DNA from: Bdellovibrionales bacterium
Lineage (GTDB): Bacteria; Bdellovibrionota; Bdellovibrionia; Bdellovibrionales; CAYMLA01
Assembly (NCBI GenBank): GCA_965217115.1
Contig: OZ244239.1
Span: forward strand, 1,952,001-2,016,000
DNA: 64,000 nt
Reading direction: 5' to 3'
Below the pieces are notes generated by a model. The model saw nothing but the letters and a program-made list of their open reading frames with translations. It had not been told where the DNA came from and made no database searches. Made by a program: the position numbers and the translations under genes. Shown in pieces: positions 61,684 through 64,000 of this stretch (positions are counted from its first letter, which is position 1; each line of letters starts with the position of its first letter).

Positions 61684-64000
61684 TTGTGTATATATAGACG
61701 GCGGAAATCTTTTTTGAGAGTGCTCCTATTTTTCTTCTTAGTAAGTTTATGGGCGGGGTTTTCCTACGCTCGAAGCCAGCCGTTGATTCACAGTGTAGTT
61801 ATTAAAGGAAATGAGAAAGTTGAGCGAGATGCTATTTTTGCACGAATTCAACTGCGCAAAGGGACTCGTTTTAATCGACGTAAGGTTCGAGAGGACATTC
61901 AATCTCTGTTCGAGACAGGTTATTTTTATGATGTGAAGGTCTTGAGGGAGAGACGCGGAAAGCGCGTGCGTTTGATATACAAAGTTTTAGAGAAACCTTC
62001 TGTGGCAGAAATTGTTTTTAAAGGACATTCAGAAATAGATCGTGAAGAGCTTCTTGAAATTACTGGGCTCAAGGTCTATGACATTTTAAATATGACTCAA
62101 CTACAGGAAGCGGCAGAAAAAATAGAGAAAGAGTATGAGGACAAGGGCTATTTCTTAGCGAGCGTTAAGTTGAGAGTGGAGGCAATGAGCAAAGAGAAAA
62201 CAGTTCGTGCTGTTTATGATATTGTTGAAAACTCCAAGATAGAAGTGAAGAAGATTACTATTTTAGGGAATCGTCATATTTCTGATTCTAAAATTAAAGA
62301 AGTTATGGAAACCCAGGAGGGAACTTATTTTGGGTTTCTCTCAGGGGCCGGAGCATATAAGAAAGAAGCTTTTGAGAGGGACACTCAACGTTTGCGTTAC
62401 TTGTATCTTTTGGACGGTTACGTTCAAGTAAAATTTGATCGCCCAGAGGTTTATGTAACTCCCAATAAAAAAGATATATATATTACGATTCGCATAGAGG
62501 AAGGCGAGCAGTTTTTTCCTGGTGAGGTAGAATTTTCTGGTGATCTTCTCTTTGATAGTGAGGAATTGTCTGAACTGATCAAGATTAATAAATCTAAGGT
62601 TTTCTCCTATCAAATTTTGCAGGAAGATATTGCTCGTCTTACGGCTAAGTATGGGGATTTGGGCTATGCCTTTACCAACGTGATACCTAAGACTTCTTTG
62701 AGTCAAGAGGCTCACAAGGTGGATGTTACTTTTGAGATTGATAAGGGAAGTAAGGTTTATTTTGGACGTATTGATGTAATTGGTAATACGAAGACCAGAG
62801 ATAAAGTGATTCGTCGGGAGTTGAAAATTGCTGAAGGCGAGCTTTATAATGAGACGTTCAAGAGGGTGTCTTTGGCGAATATAAAACGCCTTGGCTTTTT
62901 TGAAGAGGTCCATTTAAAAACCACCACTCCTGCTGGACAGCCTGAGATACTCAATATTGAGGTTGAGGTTAAAGAGCGTAATACCGGAACTATAAATGTT
63001 GGAGCAGGTTATGGCTCGACCAGTGGGCTTAAATTTCAAGCACAAGTTAATCAAATTAATTTTTTGGGACGGGGTCAAAACCTGGGAGTTACGGTTAATT
63101 CCAATGTGGAAAGTTCGACTTATAATTTGAATTTTACCGAGCCTTATTTTTTGGATACAAAGTGGTCTTTAGGGACAGACATCTATAAAACGGAGACCCG
63201 CAGGCAGAGTTTGGATTACCAGAAGAAAACACTTGGTGGAGCTTTGCGTTTTGGTCACCCCCTGAGTGGAAATTTGTTTAGCGAAGTGCGTTTGAAAGTT
63301 GACGAAACTGAGTTGATCTCTAACGATGATTTGGATGAAGACCTTTATCCGATTAATGATCCTGGCCAGCAGGGGCAAACAAACTCGGTTACTTTGACTT
63401 TGGTTTATGATAAACGCAATGATCGTTTTACTCCTTCCCATGGGTATTATGCGAGGTCTTCTTTAGAGTATGCTGGATTAGGAGGGGACTTAACTTATAC
63501 TTTGGGGCGGGGAACCTTTCGTTATTATAAAAAGTTGTTTTGGAAAGTAATTTGGAGAAACAATCTCTCCTATTCGTTTATCAACTCTTCCCGTAGCGAA
63601 GTTCCCTTTAGTAGGCGTTTTCTTTTAGGTGGCCCGTTTAATTTAAAGGGTTATGATTATGCTCAGGTGGGGCAGCGTAGGTTTTCTAATAAGTTTTTTA
63701 ACGCGCGGTTGGAGGCGATTCGTCAGGCTGAGGAACGTGAGCCGACGGCTGAGGAAATAGAGAAAGTGCGCATAGCTTCTTTTCGTCCTTTTGGCGGAGA
63801 ACAGGAGTTGTACTACAACATGGAATTTGAGTGGCCCCTGATTGAGGAAGCCAGGATCAAGGGGATTTTATTTTACGATATTGGTGCAGCTGAGGATTCA
63901 ATTAGAGCGTCAGATTTTTTGAGTGATTGGGGTGTGGGAGTGAGATGGTTTTCTCCCATTGGTCCGTTGCGGTTTGAATTAGGTTTTCCCCTTAATCGGG
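61684..64000 (+). CDS. bamA: Outer membrane protein assembly factor BamA, 3'-truncated by the window edge
   Basis: Frame-1 ORF absent from the track. POTRA motifs IKGNEKVERDAI and IGNTKTRDKVIRREL, RLGFFEEV, VKERNTG, NFLGRGQ, WFSPIGPLRFELG. Start is TTG 61684 or slightly later. Confidence 0.95.
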   Translation, partial: MCIYRRRKSFLRVLLFFFLVSLWAGFSYARSQPLIHSVVIKGNEKVERDAIFARIQLRKGTRFNRRKVREDIQSLFETGYFYDVKVLRERRGKRVRLIYKVLEKPSVAEIVFKGHSEIDREELLEITGLKVYDILNMTQLQEAAEKIEKEYEDKGYFLASVKLRVEAMSKEKTVRAVYDIVENSKIEVKKITILGNRHISDSKIKEVMETQEGTYFGFLSGAGAYKKEAFERDTQRLRYLYLLDGYVQVKFDRPEVYVTPNKKDIYITIRIEEGEQFFPGEVEFSGDLLFDSEELSELIKINKSKVFSYQILQEDIARLTAKYGDLGYAFTNVIPKTSLSQEAHKVDVTFEIDKGSKVYFGRIDVIGNTKTRDKVIRRELKIAEGELYNETFKRVSLANIKRLGFFEEVHLKTTTPAGQPEILNIEVEVKERNTGTINVGAGYGSTSGLKFQAQVNQINFLGRGQNLGVTVNSNVESSTYNLNFTEPYFLDTKWSLGTDIYKTETRRQSLDYQKKTLGGALRFGHPLSGNLFSEVRLKVDETELISNDDLDEDLYPINDPGQQGQTNSVTLTLVYDKRNDRFTPSHGYYARSSLEYAGLGGDLTYTLGRGTFRYYKKLFWKVIWRNNLSYSFINSSRSEVPFSRRFLLGGPFNLKGYDYAQVGQRRFSNKFFNARLEAIRQAEEREPTAEEIEKVRIASFRPFGGEQELYYNMEFEWPLIEEARIKGILFYDIGAAEDSIRASDFLSDWGVGVRWFSPIGPLRFELGFPLNR

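Noticed and set aside
62341..63441. Minus-strand ORFs 62341-62913 and 63169-63441
   Set aside because: Antisense shadows of bamA.

Overview
AT-rich chromosomal window with the gene repertoire of a Bdellovibrionota-like predatory bacterium: two TIGR02147/DUF4423 genes, an AgmX/PglI C-terminal protein, a vWA lipoprotein, GldAFG-like ABC genes and Sel1/Hcp lipoproteins. The taxon is inferred from gene content. Most of the window is housekeeping: pepN, TolC+RND, tmk-holB-ricT-tatD, gap-pgk-tpiA, secG, kbl-tdh, FKBP PPIase, sodB, pyrC, porin-pstSCAB-phoU, bamA (runs off the right end and is missing from the ORF track), tRNA-Met(CAT) and tRNA-Arg(CCT). Two accessory patches (about 19.3-23.1 kb and 49.2-52.8 kb) share one architecture: orphan small secreted-protein genes, most with their own terminator; a TIGR02147 gene overlapping a secreted partner gene; and copies of an unannotated ~150-180 nt palindromic element. 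That element has a 41-55 bp outer stem topped by three hairpins, and most differences between copies fall in loops or make G-U pairs. In the second patch, the left and right parts of the element bracket about 1.75 kb of cargo next to tRNA-Arg, and two unrelated cargo genes share a ~150 bp upstream module. This repeat-plus-cassette arrangement is the best candidate for an undescribed system. A histidine kinase followed by TraV-like and VirB8/TraK-like genes, with no other T4SS genes, is a second candidate. No database searches were run; all family calls come from motif recognition.
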